This document shows positions 1 to 13,018 of a stretch of DNA of 64,000 nt, in pieces (the stretch's first letter is position 1; each line of letters begins with the position of its first letter). The DNA is from Malacoraja senta. Its lineage: Eukaryota. The stretch is from positions 20,958,001 to 21,022,000 of the forward strand of contig CM075988.1 of assembly GCA_038087875.1 (NCBI GenBank), written 5' to 3'. The position numbers and the translations under genes are program-made. Below the pieces are notes generated by a model. The model ran no database searches. It was not told where the DNA came from and was given only the letters and a program-made list of their open reading frames with translations.

Positions 1-679
1 CCCAGTCCATCACGGATACTGACCTCCCCACCATCGAAGGGATCTTTACAAGGTGCTCACAAAGGCAGCCAGCATCGTCAGGGGCCCACAACACCCTGGG
101 CAAACTCTCATTCTACAGTGTATAGATACAGATTAAAGGGAATAATGTTTAGTGCAAGATAAATGATCAATGTTCATTCCAGTAATGTCCGATTAACGAT
201 AGCCCGAGGGCCTCCAATGTGGGTAGAAGGTAGGTCAGGACCGCTCTCTAGTTGGTGATAGGATGGTTCAGTTGCTTGATAACAGCTGGGAAGGAAGTGC
301 CCCTGAATCTGGAGGTGTGCATTATCACACTTCTGTACCTCTTGCCTGATGGGAGAGTGAAGAAGAGGGAGGGAGTGGTCCTTGATTATGCTGGTGGCCT
401 TGCCAAAGCAACGTGAAGTGTGGATGGAGTCAAGGTTGGTTTGCGTGATGGTTTGGACTGCGTCCACAATTCTCTGCAATTACTTATGGTCTTGAACGGA
501 GCTGTTCCCGATCCAGACTGTGATTCATCACGATAAAATCCTTTCCACATCATTTCCTCTCATCTGTTCCTTAACCTTATTCCAGCTTCATCTTTCGGGA
601 ATTTCTCCCCTATGCCCCATATGAATTATTCCCCAGCAAAGATGCTGCCTGTCCCGCTGAGTTACTCCAGCTTTTTGTG

Positions 680-1206
680 ATATATCTCTCGTTTCCCTCA
701 TCCCTAACCAGTCTAAAGAAGGGTCTCGAGCCGAAACGTCAGCCATTCTTTCTCTCTAGAGATGCTGCCTGACCTGCTGAGTTACTGCAGCTTTTTGTGT
801 CTATCTTCGGTTTAAACCAGCATCTGCAGTTCCTTCTTACACACTACACATCTCAACAGTTCATGCAGTCACTTACATGTTGTTTGTGGGAACATGCTGT
901 GCATGGATGGTTTTCTATATTGCAATAGGAGTAATGCTTCTAAAGTATGGCGTTTGCTTTGAAGACTTCTCAGATGATGGAAGATGCAGCAGAAATGTAA
1001 GTCATCGAATTGTTCAGTCAGTCATTCATTCTTTCTTTATCTTTGTCTTTGTACATTTAACTACGTTTGCTGGATATTGAACTACATTGTTAAGCGTTCT
1101 TTAAAGGAGGAGACACATTTATGAAGCATGTTATAAAATTATGATTCATTGCAATCTGTTTTTTCTCTAATTCTGTTGACTTTCATTTGTAAAGTATTTA
1201 TGACTA
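680..1206 (+). repeat. Arm 1 of a local inverted duplication
   Basis: Reverse complement of 5962-6963 once two insertions are removed from the latter. Confidence 0.85.
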
Positions 1207-2124
1207 AATACCAGGTGGAGATCGTATAGCTGGGGGAAATCAGGCTGGAAGAGGATCTAAATACAATTTGACTTACTGTACCAAAGAATTACTCATCATC
1301 CAGAATAGATAAAGAGTCCCTTGCAGTTATATGCAGGAGAATGTATCAAGTTGTGTAACATAGTCAGCCAGGACCTTTTACCCAGGATGTAAATATCAAA
1401 TACTAGAGGGCATAACTTTAAGGTGAGAGGGGCAAAGATTAAAGGAGATGTGCAGGGGCAAGTTTTTTCTATAGCGGGTGGAGGGTAGAATGTGCTGTTG
1501 GGGGTTGTGGTGGAGGCAGATACAATAATGACATTTAAGAGACCTTTAAATAGGCACATGGATATGCAGGGGATAGAGGAATATGGATTATGTGTAGGCA
1601 GATAAGAGCCGGTCTTGGCATCATATTTGGCACAGACATTGTGGGCCAAAGGGTATGTTTGGAGGAGCAGCACCTCATATTTCGCTTGGGCAGTTTACAC
1701 CCCAGCGGTATGAACATTGACTTCTCTAACTTCAGGTAGCCCTTGCGTTTTCTCCCCATCCCCTCCCCCTTCCCAGTTCCCCCACTAGTTTACTGTCTCT
1801 GCCTACATTCTTTGTGACTCCTGCCCCCTCCCCTGACATCAGTCTGAAGAAGGATCTCGACCTGAAACATCACCAATTCCTTCTCTTCATAAATGTTGCC
1901 TCACCCACTGAGTTACTCCAGCATTTTGTGTCTACCTTCGATTTTTCCAGCATCTGCAGTTCTTTCTTAAACACGGGCATGTTCTTGCGTTGTACCGTTC
2001 AATGTTTTATGTTCAAGGTTTTATGATTAATATATAAGCTTTGCCCTGAGTTTCACACCCTGTCATATCATGGCGATACATGCCATGCCAATGAATGTCA
2101 GCCAATAAATGCTAGTTCATGTTA

Positions 2125-2360
2125 TGTTATCCCTGTCACTCTAATCCATGTCACATCAATCCGTGATACACCAGTCCATGCCACACCAATCAGTATGACA
2201 ACATTCTGTGTCACACCAACCCGTGACACACTAACCCGTGACACACCAATCTGTGTCACACCAACCTGCGACACACCAACTCATGACACACCAATCTGTG
2301 TCCCACAAATGCAAGGCATACCAATCCATGCCACATCTATCCTTGCCAACCTAATCCACT
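2125..2360 (+). repeat. 15-bp-unit minisatellite
   Basis: Degenerate tandem units like CACACCAATCCGTGA / CACACCAATCTGTGT. Confidence 0.85.
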
Positions 2361-4209
2361 CGGTGCCATTAAAAAACTGCTTGGCCAAAGCAGGAATAGA
2401 GAAGCAACAACACAGATGGTTGAAATGTGACAATTGCTTGCATTTCTTCATTTAAGTGTTAGTTTGAATAAACTAGTTCATTCTCTCAATCCATCCGCTG
2501 GTTAGGCACTCTTTATTTTGTATCAAACCTTGCACGAACCTCAGGCACTGTGGCTGTAAAGTAGCCAATCGCAGTTCATTAAGATATTAAATTAGTTTCT
2601 GTTCATCTCTTAATGGACGGTTTAATTTGCTTCAGGCAGCTGTGGTCTGTAAGCTGAGATGAGATTCCAGCCTAGAAGTCAATCATATTTCTATTAATGT
2701 TCTCATATACATCTATTAAATGTTTGCATAACTATTTGGGATTTTCTTCCCCGAAGCGTTTTGTGATATATTGAACGCAATTACTGTGATTGAATCTTGA
2801 TGTCCAATTACTAATTGTGAGGGGAATGGTCTGTATAGTTTGCTTATATTTTATATTAGGATCTTTGCTTCAGTTGAAAAAAAAAATCAAAGAGCCTACA
2901 ATACTCAATATAAACTTTCTTCATTTACCCTCTGCTCTTTACACCACCAATGTCATAATAAAAGGGACGTACCTTTAGAAAGGAGACAAGGAGGAATTTC
3001 TTTAACTGGAGCGTGGTGAATCTGTGGAATTCATTGCCACAGATGATGGTGGAGGCCAAGTCATTGGGTATTTTTAAAGCAGACATTGACAGGTTCTTGA
3101 TTAGTACGGGTGTCAAAGGTTACGGGGAGAAGGCCGGAGAATGGGGTTGAGAGGGAAGGATAGATCAGTCACGATTGAATGGCAGAGTTGCCTCAATGGG
3201 CCAAATGGCCTAATCCTGCTGCTATGACTTATGAAGAGATGAATCCTTGCATCTTACTTCTGTAGATGTTCAAGACTATTTTCTTATACTTATCAATGTC
3301 TATGCTGTCAAGACAGGCACAAAATGCAGGAGTAACTCAGCGGGACAGGCAGCATCTCTGGAGAGAAGGAATGGGTGATGTTTCGGGTCGAGACCCTTCT
3401 TCATTGGGTGACGTTTCGGCTCAATGCTGCGAAGTTTGACGAAAGAAAATGGCGGTAGAGGTTAGGCACCAAGTCACAGAAAAATAACCCTTATCTTAAA
3501 TATTTAATTTCTAACGGACATCAAGAGGATTTGACTTGGAACAGTTCTCAGCCACGGGGTTTCAAATCCAGCCATCTAATCCGATAACACAGCACAAACT
3601 CCAGATATGGGAGGTCACGTCTCTATTCTCCACTCACTGTGACAATGCGTTCTTTACACCAGTCTCGACCCGAAACGTCACCCATTCCTTCTCTCCAGAG
3701 ATGCTGCCTGTCCCGCTGAGTTTCGCACAGCTATTTGTGTCTATCTTTAATTATAAATACCAGAGGCCATGAGGATTAATCAATTTGTCTGATTTAATGT
3801 ATATTGGTTAAATCTTTAACTTTGACAAATCACCTTCTGTACAGCGGGGATACAAACCCTGAGCTGTCTGATGAAATTGAGCCTCGTGTCATTTGTTGCA
3901 GGATTACAGTCAAATCCCTTTGGTCAACCTATTAATGGCTTGCCTTTAGTAATCTCAGTTTACACACAGCACTTAACGGCCAATGGTGTCGAGAGACAAT
4001 TGTGAAAACAACGGCCGGTTTATGCATAATTAAGCTCCCGAAATTACTACTGAGATAATAGGCGGATAATCTACTCCAACTGTGTTGGCCACCCCATTGT
4101 ACTGATCTCCTATGCAGTTCCTGAAAGGGGTGTCAAAGGGGCCTTTTACCAAGTCTTCAGCTCAATGCCTCGTCCAAGGCAAGGTATCTCGGGGACCGGG
4201 GAGTTGCCC

Positions 4210-4605
4210 GGTGATCTCCAGGCAGAGCGAGATGTCCGTGGGGGAATGTTGCCGACTGGCCTGCTCCAGACTGCAGGAGTACGCGCTGAGGGACGCGCTG
4301 GAGCTCGGTGCAGCCAACGCCAAGGCTCTGTGGGGGAGAACCACAGTCTAGGGTCCTTCGGCTGCTGGACATTGGCGGGGGGCATGGTGTGGTGGAGACG
4401 CCCCTCCAAATAAGGGAAGAGATTTCACGCCAGTGGGCCACATGAGTGGCAAGCAAGAGTGTGGGGTAAAATTGTGATTTGGGTAAACAGCATAGAATGT
4501 ATGTACAGCCTCCGAGAATGTCGGATGACATTTTTTTTTGCACGGTTTCTGCATGGGTATATATTTATTTAGTTGAATAAAGTTTATTTTGACATTTTAA
4601 AAAAT
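4210..4605 (+). mobile_element. Tx1/L1-type LINE 3' end (second family)
   Basis: EMSVGECCRLACSRLQEYALRDALELGAANAKALWGRTTV* followed by an AT-rich UTR, AATAAA and an A-rich tail. Confidence 0.7.
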
Positions 4606-5227
4606 AATGTAGGCCCTTCTTACCCGTTCGAGACCGAACACTCGCCCGCTGTGGACGGAGGACTCGCCCGGAAGGCCCGATCCCACCCGCTGCGGATCGA
4701 GGATCAGTGCCGCGGACCAGGAACCCACTTGGAGGCCCAGATCGCCGTTCAGGGTGGAAGGACTCGGACGGAGGGCCGGTAAGCAGACCGGCCTCAGGCG
4801 GCAGGACAGGGCCTCAACAGTGGAGTGGGCCGCTGGAGGCCCCGCAACAGCCTGGGGCTCGGCTGGACCGGGTGCCGCTCCAAGAGGCCGAGCACACGGA
4901 CCGGACGCCCCCTGCAGCGGCGAAGGACATAGCGTGGCTATGCTTGGCCAGGCCGGGAATTTGAACCTGATGAAATGGCGCCAAACATGGCGACGTTGGC
5001 ATTATATGCAAAAATGAATTTCACTATGTAATATTTAATATCATTTGTGACAATAAATATTCATTGAAGGTAGACAAAAGTGCTGGAGAAACTCAGCAGG
5101 TGCAGCAGCATCTATGGAGCGAAGGAAATAGGCAACGTTTCGGGCCGAAACCCTTCTTCATTGAAGTTGGGCACCCAAGACAGTGCAATGCACACTCTGC
5201 ACCTGGCTACACTTACAAACCAGGTTT

Positions 5228-5665
5228 CTCAAGAGTTCAAGAGTTTTATTGTCATGTGTCCCTGATAGGACAATGAAATTCTTTCTTTGCTTTAGCACAC
5301 CAGAACATAGTAGGCACGAATACTGAACAGATCAGTGTGTCCATATACCATTATATAAATATATACACAAACATGAATAATTAAACTGATAAAGTGCAAA
5401 TAAACAGATTATTGTCCATTACTGTTCAGAGTTTTGTCCGAGCCGAGTTTAATAGCCTGATGGCTGTGGGGAAGTAGCTGTTCCTGAACCTGGTCGTTGC
5501 AGTCTTCAGGCTCCTGTACCTTCTACCTGAAGGTAGTGGGGAGATGAGTGTGTGGCCAGGATGGTGTGGGTCCTTGGTGATGCTGCCAGCCTTTTTGAGG
5601 CAGCGACTGTGATAGATCCCCTCGATGGATGGGAGGTCAGAGCCGATGATGGACTGGGCAGTGCT
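5228..5665 (-). mobile_element. Rex1/Babar LINE 3' end
   Basis: Reverse complement of the same C-terminal segment and (cttga)n tail. Related fragments at 1-115 (+), ~120-545 (-), 10878-11120 (-), 21180-21270 (-, RT motif YVRLLFINYSSAFNTV) and ~32150-32510 (-). Confidence 0.75.
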
Positions 5666-5961
5666 GCATGCTCTGACCCAGACTCACTACTAGGGCCAAG
5701 TGTCTTTCCCCAGCACTATAACACAAGCCCAAGGAATAGGAATTAGTCGAAGGTCGCCCAGCTCCAGCGAGCCAGGCACGGCGGGATGGTCTCTGGGCAA
5801 GCTGTGGCCATATCCCAATGGATCTCTGGTGGTCTAAGGCAGCAACTCCACTGCGACACCAGTGTGCTGCCACTGACATCCTCCAGCTGTTTTTTATTGC
5901 TCAAGATTCCAGCATCTGCATCTGCTGTCGCTAAGAATGTAATTGTTCCGTTCCTTCTGCA

Positions 5962-6963
5962 TAGTCATAAATACTTTACAAATGAATGTCAACAGAATTA
6001 GAGGAAAAACAGATTGCAATGAATCATAATTTTATAACATGCTTCATAAATGTGTCTCCTCATTTAAAGAACGCTTAGCAATGTAATTCAATATCCAGCA
6101 AAAACTAACGTAGTTACATGTACAAAGACAAAGACGGAGACTAAGACTTTGCCTCCACCACAGTGAGGGTGTGCTTGGTGAACTCACTGTGGTGGATGTT
6201 TAATTTGTGTTTATCGTATGTTTTGTTATTATTGGTTCTGTGTATGACTGCAGGCATCACAATTTCGTTCAGACCGAAAGGTCTGAATGACAATAAAGGA
6301 AACTTGACTTGACTTGACTTGATAAAGACAGAATGAATGACCCATTGAACTATTGGTTGACTTACATTTCTGCTGCATCTTCCATTATCTGAGAAACCTC
6401 TAAAGGCCCTGTCCCACTATACGAGTTTACCCAAGAGCTCTCCCGAGTTTAAAAAAAAATCAAACTCGTGGTAAGTACGTAGAATGTACGTAGCGGGTAC
6501 GTCGGAGCTAGGGACGTCTCTTAGCGGCTCGTAACGCTAACGGCAGGTACTCGGGAAACGCGGTAAGCTCGTGAAGTTTTTTCAACATGTTGAAAAATGT
6601 CCACGAGAGCCCCGAGTACCTACGAGCGGCTATTACCGTAATTCTCCGAGTTCGGCAGAACTCTTGAATTACCTCGTACAGTGGGACAGCCCCTTAAGTG
6701 CTTCAAACCAAACGCCATACTTTAGAAGCATTACTCCTATTTAGAAGCATTACACAAACAACATGTAAGTGACTGCATGAACTGTTGAGATGTGTAGTGT
6801 GTAAGGAAGAAGTGCAGATGCTGGTTTAAACCGAAGATAGACACAAAAAGCTGCAGTAACTCAGCGGGATAGGCAGCATCTCTGGAGAGAAGGAATAGGT
6901 AACGTTTCAGGTCGAGACTCTTCTTCAGACTGAGAGTCAGGGGAAAGGGAAACGAGAGATATA
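5962..6963 (-). repeat. Arm 2 of a local inverted duplication
   Basis: For example tgaagcatgttataaaattatgattcattgcaatctg (arm 1) vs cagattgcaatgaatcataattttataacatgcttca (arm 2). Confidence 0.85.
6404..6694. mobile_element. PIF/Harbinger-type MITE
   Basis: TIRs AGGCCCTGTCCCACTATACGAG / CTCGTACAGTGGGACAGCCCCT flanked by TAA...TAA. Confidence 0.8.
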
Positions 6964-9900
6964 GACGATGATGTAGCGTGATATAGAACAAAAGAATGAA
7001 ATATATGCAAACAAATAACAATGATAAAGGAAACAGGCCATTGTTAGCTGGAGCTAGGTGAGAATGAAAGCTGGTGAGACTTGGGTGGGGGAGGGATGGA
7101 GAGAGAGGGAATGCCGGGGTTACTTGAAGTCAAGGGCCTGTCCCACTTGGCGATCAGTGTCGCCAAAAGATTTTGAACATTTCAAAATCCAGCGACGACA
7201 AAAAAAATATTGCGACGCTTGAAATGAGATGAGATGCTGTTCCTCCAATTTGCGTTTAGCCTCACTCTGACAATGGAGGAGGCCTAGGACAGAAAGGTCA
7301 GCATGGGAAGGGGAATTAAAGTGTTTAGCAACCGGGAGATCAGGTAGGTCCAGGTGGACAGAGCGAAGGTGTTCAGCAAAACGATCACCCTGTCTACGTT
7401 TAATACCAAATTGACATTATTAGGAACTTGCATTGAACTCATCAAGATTAGGGTGGCACAATAGAGCAGCTGGTAAAGCAGTTGCCTCACTGCACCAGAG
7501 TTTAGTTTAGTTAGATATACAGCGTGGAAACAGGCGCTTCGGCCCACCGAGTCTGCACCGACCAGCAATCCCCGTACACTAACACTATCCGACAAACTAG
7601 GGACAATTTACAATTTTTACTGAAGCCAATTAACCTACATAACCGCACCTCTTTGGAGTGTGGGGGCAAACTGGAGCACCCGGAGAAAACCCACGCGGTC
7701 ACAGGGAGAACGGACAAACTCCGTACAGACAGCACCTGTAGTCAGGATCGAACCTCAGTCTCTGGCGCTGTAAGGCAGCCTCTCTACCGATGCGCCATGT
7801 GCCGCCCAAGAGACCCGGGGTCAATCCTGACCTCGTGTGGCTCTCTGAGTGGAGTTGGCACATTCTCTCTGTGACCACGTGGGTTTCCTCTGGGTGGTCC
7901 GATTTCCTCCCAAATCCCAAAGATGTGCGGGCTTGTAGGTTAATTGACCTCTGTACATTTCTCCTTGTGTGTAGGAAGTGGGTGCAAAGTGGGATAGCAT
8001 AGAACTAGTGTTAATGGGTGATCGATTGTCGGCATGGACTCAATGGGCCGAAGGGCCTGTTTTGATGCTGTATCATTCAATCAGAGAGCTAGATAGGGCT
8101 CTTAAAAATAGCGGAATCAGGCGAAATGGGGAAAAGGCAGGAACGGGGTACTGATTGGGGATGATCAGCCATGATCACATTGAATGACGGTGCTGGCTCG
8201 AAGGGCCGAATGGCCTACTCCTGCACCTATTGTCTATTGTCTATTGTCTATTGTCTATAATCAATCAATCAATCAATCAATCAATTATAATATAGTTCTG
8301 TATGTATAGTGCATCTTTGACCCGTTTAGCTATTTGACAAAACCCAAATCTAATGGTCTTTAGTAGCTAGATGTAGTTTGATGTTTTATCCAATTCATTT
8401 CAATGCTAGTTTGAGACGAGAGTTTAACTGTATCATTAACACATCAAAGCTGGAATGGAAGCTGTCTGTGTTGCCAGAACCACTGGCAATCCAAATCAAA
8501 CAGCAGCCAGCCAGTTAGTTCATGTGTAAAGGATCTGGCCAAGCTGAGGTGTGGGCTCCCGGTTAAACTAGTTTGCTGCTGCGAGATTTACCCCAAAATG
8601 CCAGGAAATGACTCTGTGTTGAGATAGCTGAGATGGTATCCATCCATAAGAATGGCACTAAATCTTTGGCTCTGCTCTTGCTTAATAACAAAGACGCCTC
8701 TTACAACACATTGGTTGTGCCAGCAGTTTCATGCAGTTTGCACCTCATTAATCTCCTTGCAGTATTTACCAATGTGTATTGTTCCTGACCAGGAGTCCAG
8801 AAAGCACCATGGGCTCCAAGTGTCTCTCTCACAGTGCTCTGATTGATACCAGATTGATATTTTCTGTTGTTGCCTTTGAATACGGGCAGAAAATGACTGG
8901 AACCCAGTCCACAGGGTCTCGAACTGAAACGTCACCCATTCCTTCTCTCCAGAGATGCTGCCTGGCCCACTGAGTTACTCCAGCATCTTGTGTCTATCTT
9001 CAGTGTAAACCAGCATCTGCAGTTCCTTCCCACACTTGGTATTGGTTTATGATTGTCACGTCTACCAAGGTACAGCGATAAGCTTTTTGTTTGCGTGCTA
9101 TCTTGTCAGATCAAATCATACTATACCTGAGTACAATCAAGTCATGCACAAGTACAACAGGTAGTGAAAAGGGAAAAGTTGTACCAGTGATGGACTAGGA
9201 AATGTTTGTTGCCTAAATGGAAAATTGTGGAAGATTACATTCAAGCAATTCAAGCCAGAGACTCGGATTTTATTGAAGAAGGGTTTCGGCCCGAATCGTT
9301 GCCTATTTCCTTCGCTCCATAGATGCTGCCGCACCCGCTGAATTTCTCCAGCACTTTTGTCTACTTTTGATTTTCCAGCATCTGCAATTCCTTCTTAAAC
9401 ACTCAGAATTTATTCATTTTCTAACCTCGGGTGCTGTCTGTGTGGAGTTTGCATGTTCTCCATGTGACCGCATGGGTTTCCTCTGGGTGCTCCAGATTCC
9501 TCCCACATCCCAAAGACGTGCAGATTTGTAGGTCAATTGTCCTCTGTAAAATTCCCCCTAATGTGTTAGGAGTGGAGGAGAAAGTGGGATAACATAGAAT
9601 TGGTGTGAAGGGGTGATCGATGGTCAGCGTGGACTCAGTTGGGCCAAATGGCCCATTTCAATGCTGTCTCTCGCACAATGTTCTGATTGATACCAGATTG
9701 ATATTTTCTGTTGTCACCCTTGAATAAGGGCAGAAAATGACTGGATCCTGGCCCACACTCGGTATTAGTTTTTTATTGACACGTGTACCAAGGTACAGCG
9801 AAATCTCTAAACTCATTATCTGGCACCAGTGATAAGCATGCTATAGAGAGAATGTCCATCTGCAAAGGAAGTCTGAAGAAGGATTTCGGCCCGAAATGTT

Positions 9901-11556
9901 GCCTATTTCCTTCGCTCCATAGATGCTGCTGCACCCGCTGAGTTTCTCCAGCACTTTTGTCTACCATCTGCAAAGGAATGTGCATCGGAGTCCTGTCCTT
10001 TATTAACCATGGTGGCGCAGTGGTAGAGTTGCTACCTTACAATGCCAGGGACCCGGGTTCGATAATGACTACAGGTGATGTCTGTATGGAGTTTGAACGC
10101 TCTCCCCATGATTGTGTGGTTTTCCCTGTGTGCTTTGGTTTCCTCCCACATTTCGGTAAAGATTTAAAGTATCCCTAGTGTGTACAGGGCAGTGCCAGTG
10201 TACGTGGTGATCGCTGGTAGGTCCGGACTCGGTGGGCCGAAGGGCCTGTTCCCACGCTGTATCTCGAAACTAAAACTAAAGTGGCTGATGGACTTGTGAC
10301 CAGGCAGTCATTACTTTCATAGGGATTTCTGTGGAAACACTAAGTAACTCATTTAATCCTCTTCTATGGGCTTTCTAGCTGCTGAATCGGCTTAGAGAAT
10401 TATAACGGGTGACAGTGACTGCAGTGGGTGGTACAGTTACTGCAGAGAATGTTAAGATTTAGTGTCGAGGGAGAGCTGGCTTCAACTTCCCCACATAAAC
10501 CCTGTCACTTCTACCGAAAACTGCTGACATGATTTTGTGAGCCATTATATAAGGAAACCTCACCCACCAAACACAGCGCACAGGTCATTTATATATTTTT
10601 AAATCATTTTTCTGTGTAGAGGATCTAATGGCAATTAGTGCAAAGATCTTTAACCCTTTCAATACTGCATTGGGGGAATAATCATTTCTCCAACCAGTGC
10701 AGAAACTACGAATGCAGTGGTCCACCATGTTATGCAGTACGGAAACAGGCCCTTCAGCCCATCTTGCCCAAGTTGGCATATTGGGGCTAGTCCAATTTGC
10801 CTGCATTTGGCCCATTTTCCTTTAACTCTTTTCTCTCCATCTATCTGTCCTAGTGTATTTCAAAGGTCGTAATTGCCAAGAGTCAAGAGTGTTTTATTGT
10901 CATATGCCCCAGATGGAACAATGAAACTCTTACTTGCAGCAGCAACAACAGAATATGTAAACATAGTACTCTGTAAACAATATAATAAGCGAGAGATTAA
11001 AAAAATGGCTGTGTGTGTGTATATATACACATGCTCACAATACACATATATATAGATCATATATATATAAATACACACACACACACATACGTACACACAA
11101 AACAACAAATAATAATAGTGCATCTGCGTCTTTAGTTTCTTTAGGCACTGATTGTATTGCAGCAAGATCCTTATTATCCTGAGGGTGTTATTGGGTATTT
11201 TTGAGAGATTCTGCTGCCTGTTAGCTGATTTTGTAACCCTCTGGTCCGGGACTGGGACTAAATGAATAGCTCTTTCATAGTGCTCACTTAAGCCACAAAG
11301 AAGCTGAATGGCTTTTATCTGGTTGGCGGGACCAGGAACCGTCCCGAAGGTTCATCGGACCGGGAGGGAGCTGGAGACGTCGGGGACCAGGAGGGTGAAC
11401 CGGGGTATTGCCACTAGCACCTTCGAGGTTGGCTGCAGGGGGCAGGAGTCCCTCCCCCCCCGGGATATAGAGATGGCCGGGCTTGGAGAGGAGAGAGAGA
11501 GAGGGATGTCAGTTGGTGGGAACTGCTCCAGTACATCAAGCGCGCGGGGCTGACTG

Positions 11557-12068
11557 GACAATAGACAATAGGTGCAGGAGTAGGCCATTTGGCCCTTCGA
11601 GCCAGCACCGCCACTCAATGTGATCATGGCTGATCATCCCCAATCAGTACCCTGTTCCTGCCTTCTCCCCATATCCCCTGACTCCGCTATTTTTAAGAGC
11701 CCTATCTAGCTCTTTCTTGAAAGTATCCAGAGAACCGGCCTCCACCGCCCTCTGAGGCAGAGAATTCCACAGACTCACCACTCTCTGTGAGAAAAAGTAT
11801 TTCCTCGTCTCCATTGTAAATGGCTTACTCCTTATTCTTAAACTGTGGCCCCTGGTTCTGGACTCCCCCAACATCGGGAACATGTTTCCTGCCTCTAGCG
11901 TGTCCAAGCCCTTAACAATCTTATATGTTTCAATGAGATGCCCTCTCATCCTTCTAAACTCCAGAGTGTACAAGCCCAGCCGCTCCATTCTCTCAGCATA
12001 TGACAGTCCCGCCATCCCGGGAATTAACCTTGTAAACCTACGCTGCACTCCCTCAATAGCAAGAATGT
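11557..12068 (-). mobile_element. CR1 LINE 3' fragment
   Basis: DILAIEGVQRRFTRLIPGM...GYGEKAGTGY plus 3' UTR and (ATTGTCT)n tail. Confidence 0.9.
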
Positions 12069-12308
12069 CGCCAAAAGCGGCGCCTGCATGTGTAAACATG
12101 CAAAAAAGAACCTCACCGTGCAGCTGCGTACGTGGCAAATAAAGCACTATTGAAGTATTGAACTATTCTGCGCTGAATGAATCTGGTCAACCGGTCCTCT
12201 CCCTGCCCAGATCTGGTGTAGCTGAGGTAAAAAGCAAAGCACTGACCTTGTTCTCCGGGATGCTGAAGTATCTTGTGAAATATCGCAATGTCCTATTCAC
12301 CACGTTAA

Positions 12309-12614
12309 TAGCCCAGTCCCACGGTACGAGTTCATTCCAAGAGCTCTCCCGAGTTTAAAAACAAGCAAACTCGTGGTAAGCACGGAGAATGAACGTAGCG
12401 GGTACGTCGGAGCTCGGGGACGTCTCTTAGCGCTAACGGCAGGTACTCGGGATGACTCGCTAACGGCAGGTAAGCACGGGAAGACTCGTGAAGATTTTTA
12501 TTTTTATTTTCTTCATGATGAAAAATGTCCACGAGAGCCCCGAGTACCGACGAGTGGCCATTACCGTAAATCTCCGAGTTCTTGGAATGAACTCGTACCG
12601 TGGGACAGGGGTTT
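12309..12614. mobile_element. PIF/Harbinger-type MITE (same family as 6404-6694)
   Basis: GTCCCACGGTACGAG ... CTCGTACCGTGGGAC TIRs; shared internal sequence. Confidence 0.8.
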
Positions 12615-12707
12615 AACTAATGAATCATCAAGGCGGCTTCACATGTGCCAAAGTGCAATGAGCTTAGTTTTGCATGCTATCCAATCAGAGCAAATAATAC
12701 TCTGCAT

Positions 12708-13018
12708 CAGTGACTCCCAAAGTTTTGATACCCGTGTACCCCTCGTTAAAAACAATTGCATTTCGTTGTAAAAGTCAATAAAAATTGTCACTCAGGAGTC
12801 TGCAAACTACCAAAAATCCAGCAGCTATCACAACTTGAGTAGGAGAATTCATACGAAATATATATTTCATTTGCTAATATATGTGCATAAACTAATTCGT
12901 AGCCACTGTATTTTTTTCTAATAATGAATCTATGTTTCATAGCTGAAAATTGCCGAGTATCCCCGAAGACCTTTCGCGTACCACTGGGGGTACGCGCACC
13001 CCACTTTGGGAAACACTG
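12708..13018. mobile_element. hAT (Charlie-like) MITE
   Basis: TIRs CAGTGACTCCCAAAGT / ACTTTGGGAAACACTG; imperfect 8-bp TSD CTCTGCAT / CTCGACAT. Confidence 0.75.

Noticed and set aside
2125..2360. Possible CRISPR-like array
   Set aside because: Tandem units without unique spacers, no cas genes, vertebrate context.
2195..2455. 86-aa ORF with TPT/TPI repeats
   Set aside because: Translation of a 15-bp minisatellite; no splice or homology support.
10010..10075. tRNA-like sequences (box A/box B)
   Set aside because: Heads of HE1-type SINEs, continuing into SINE body; not tRNA genes.
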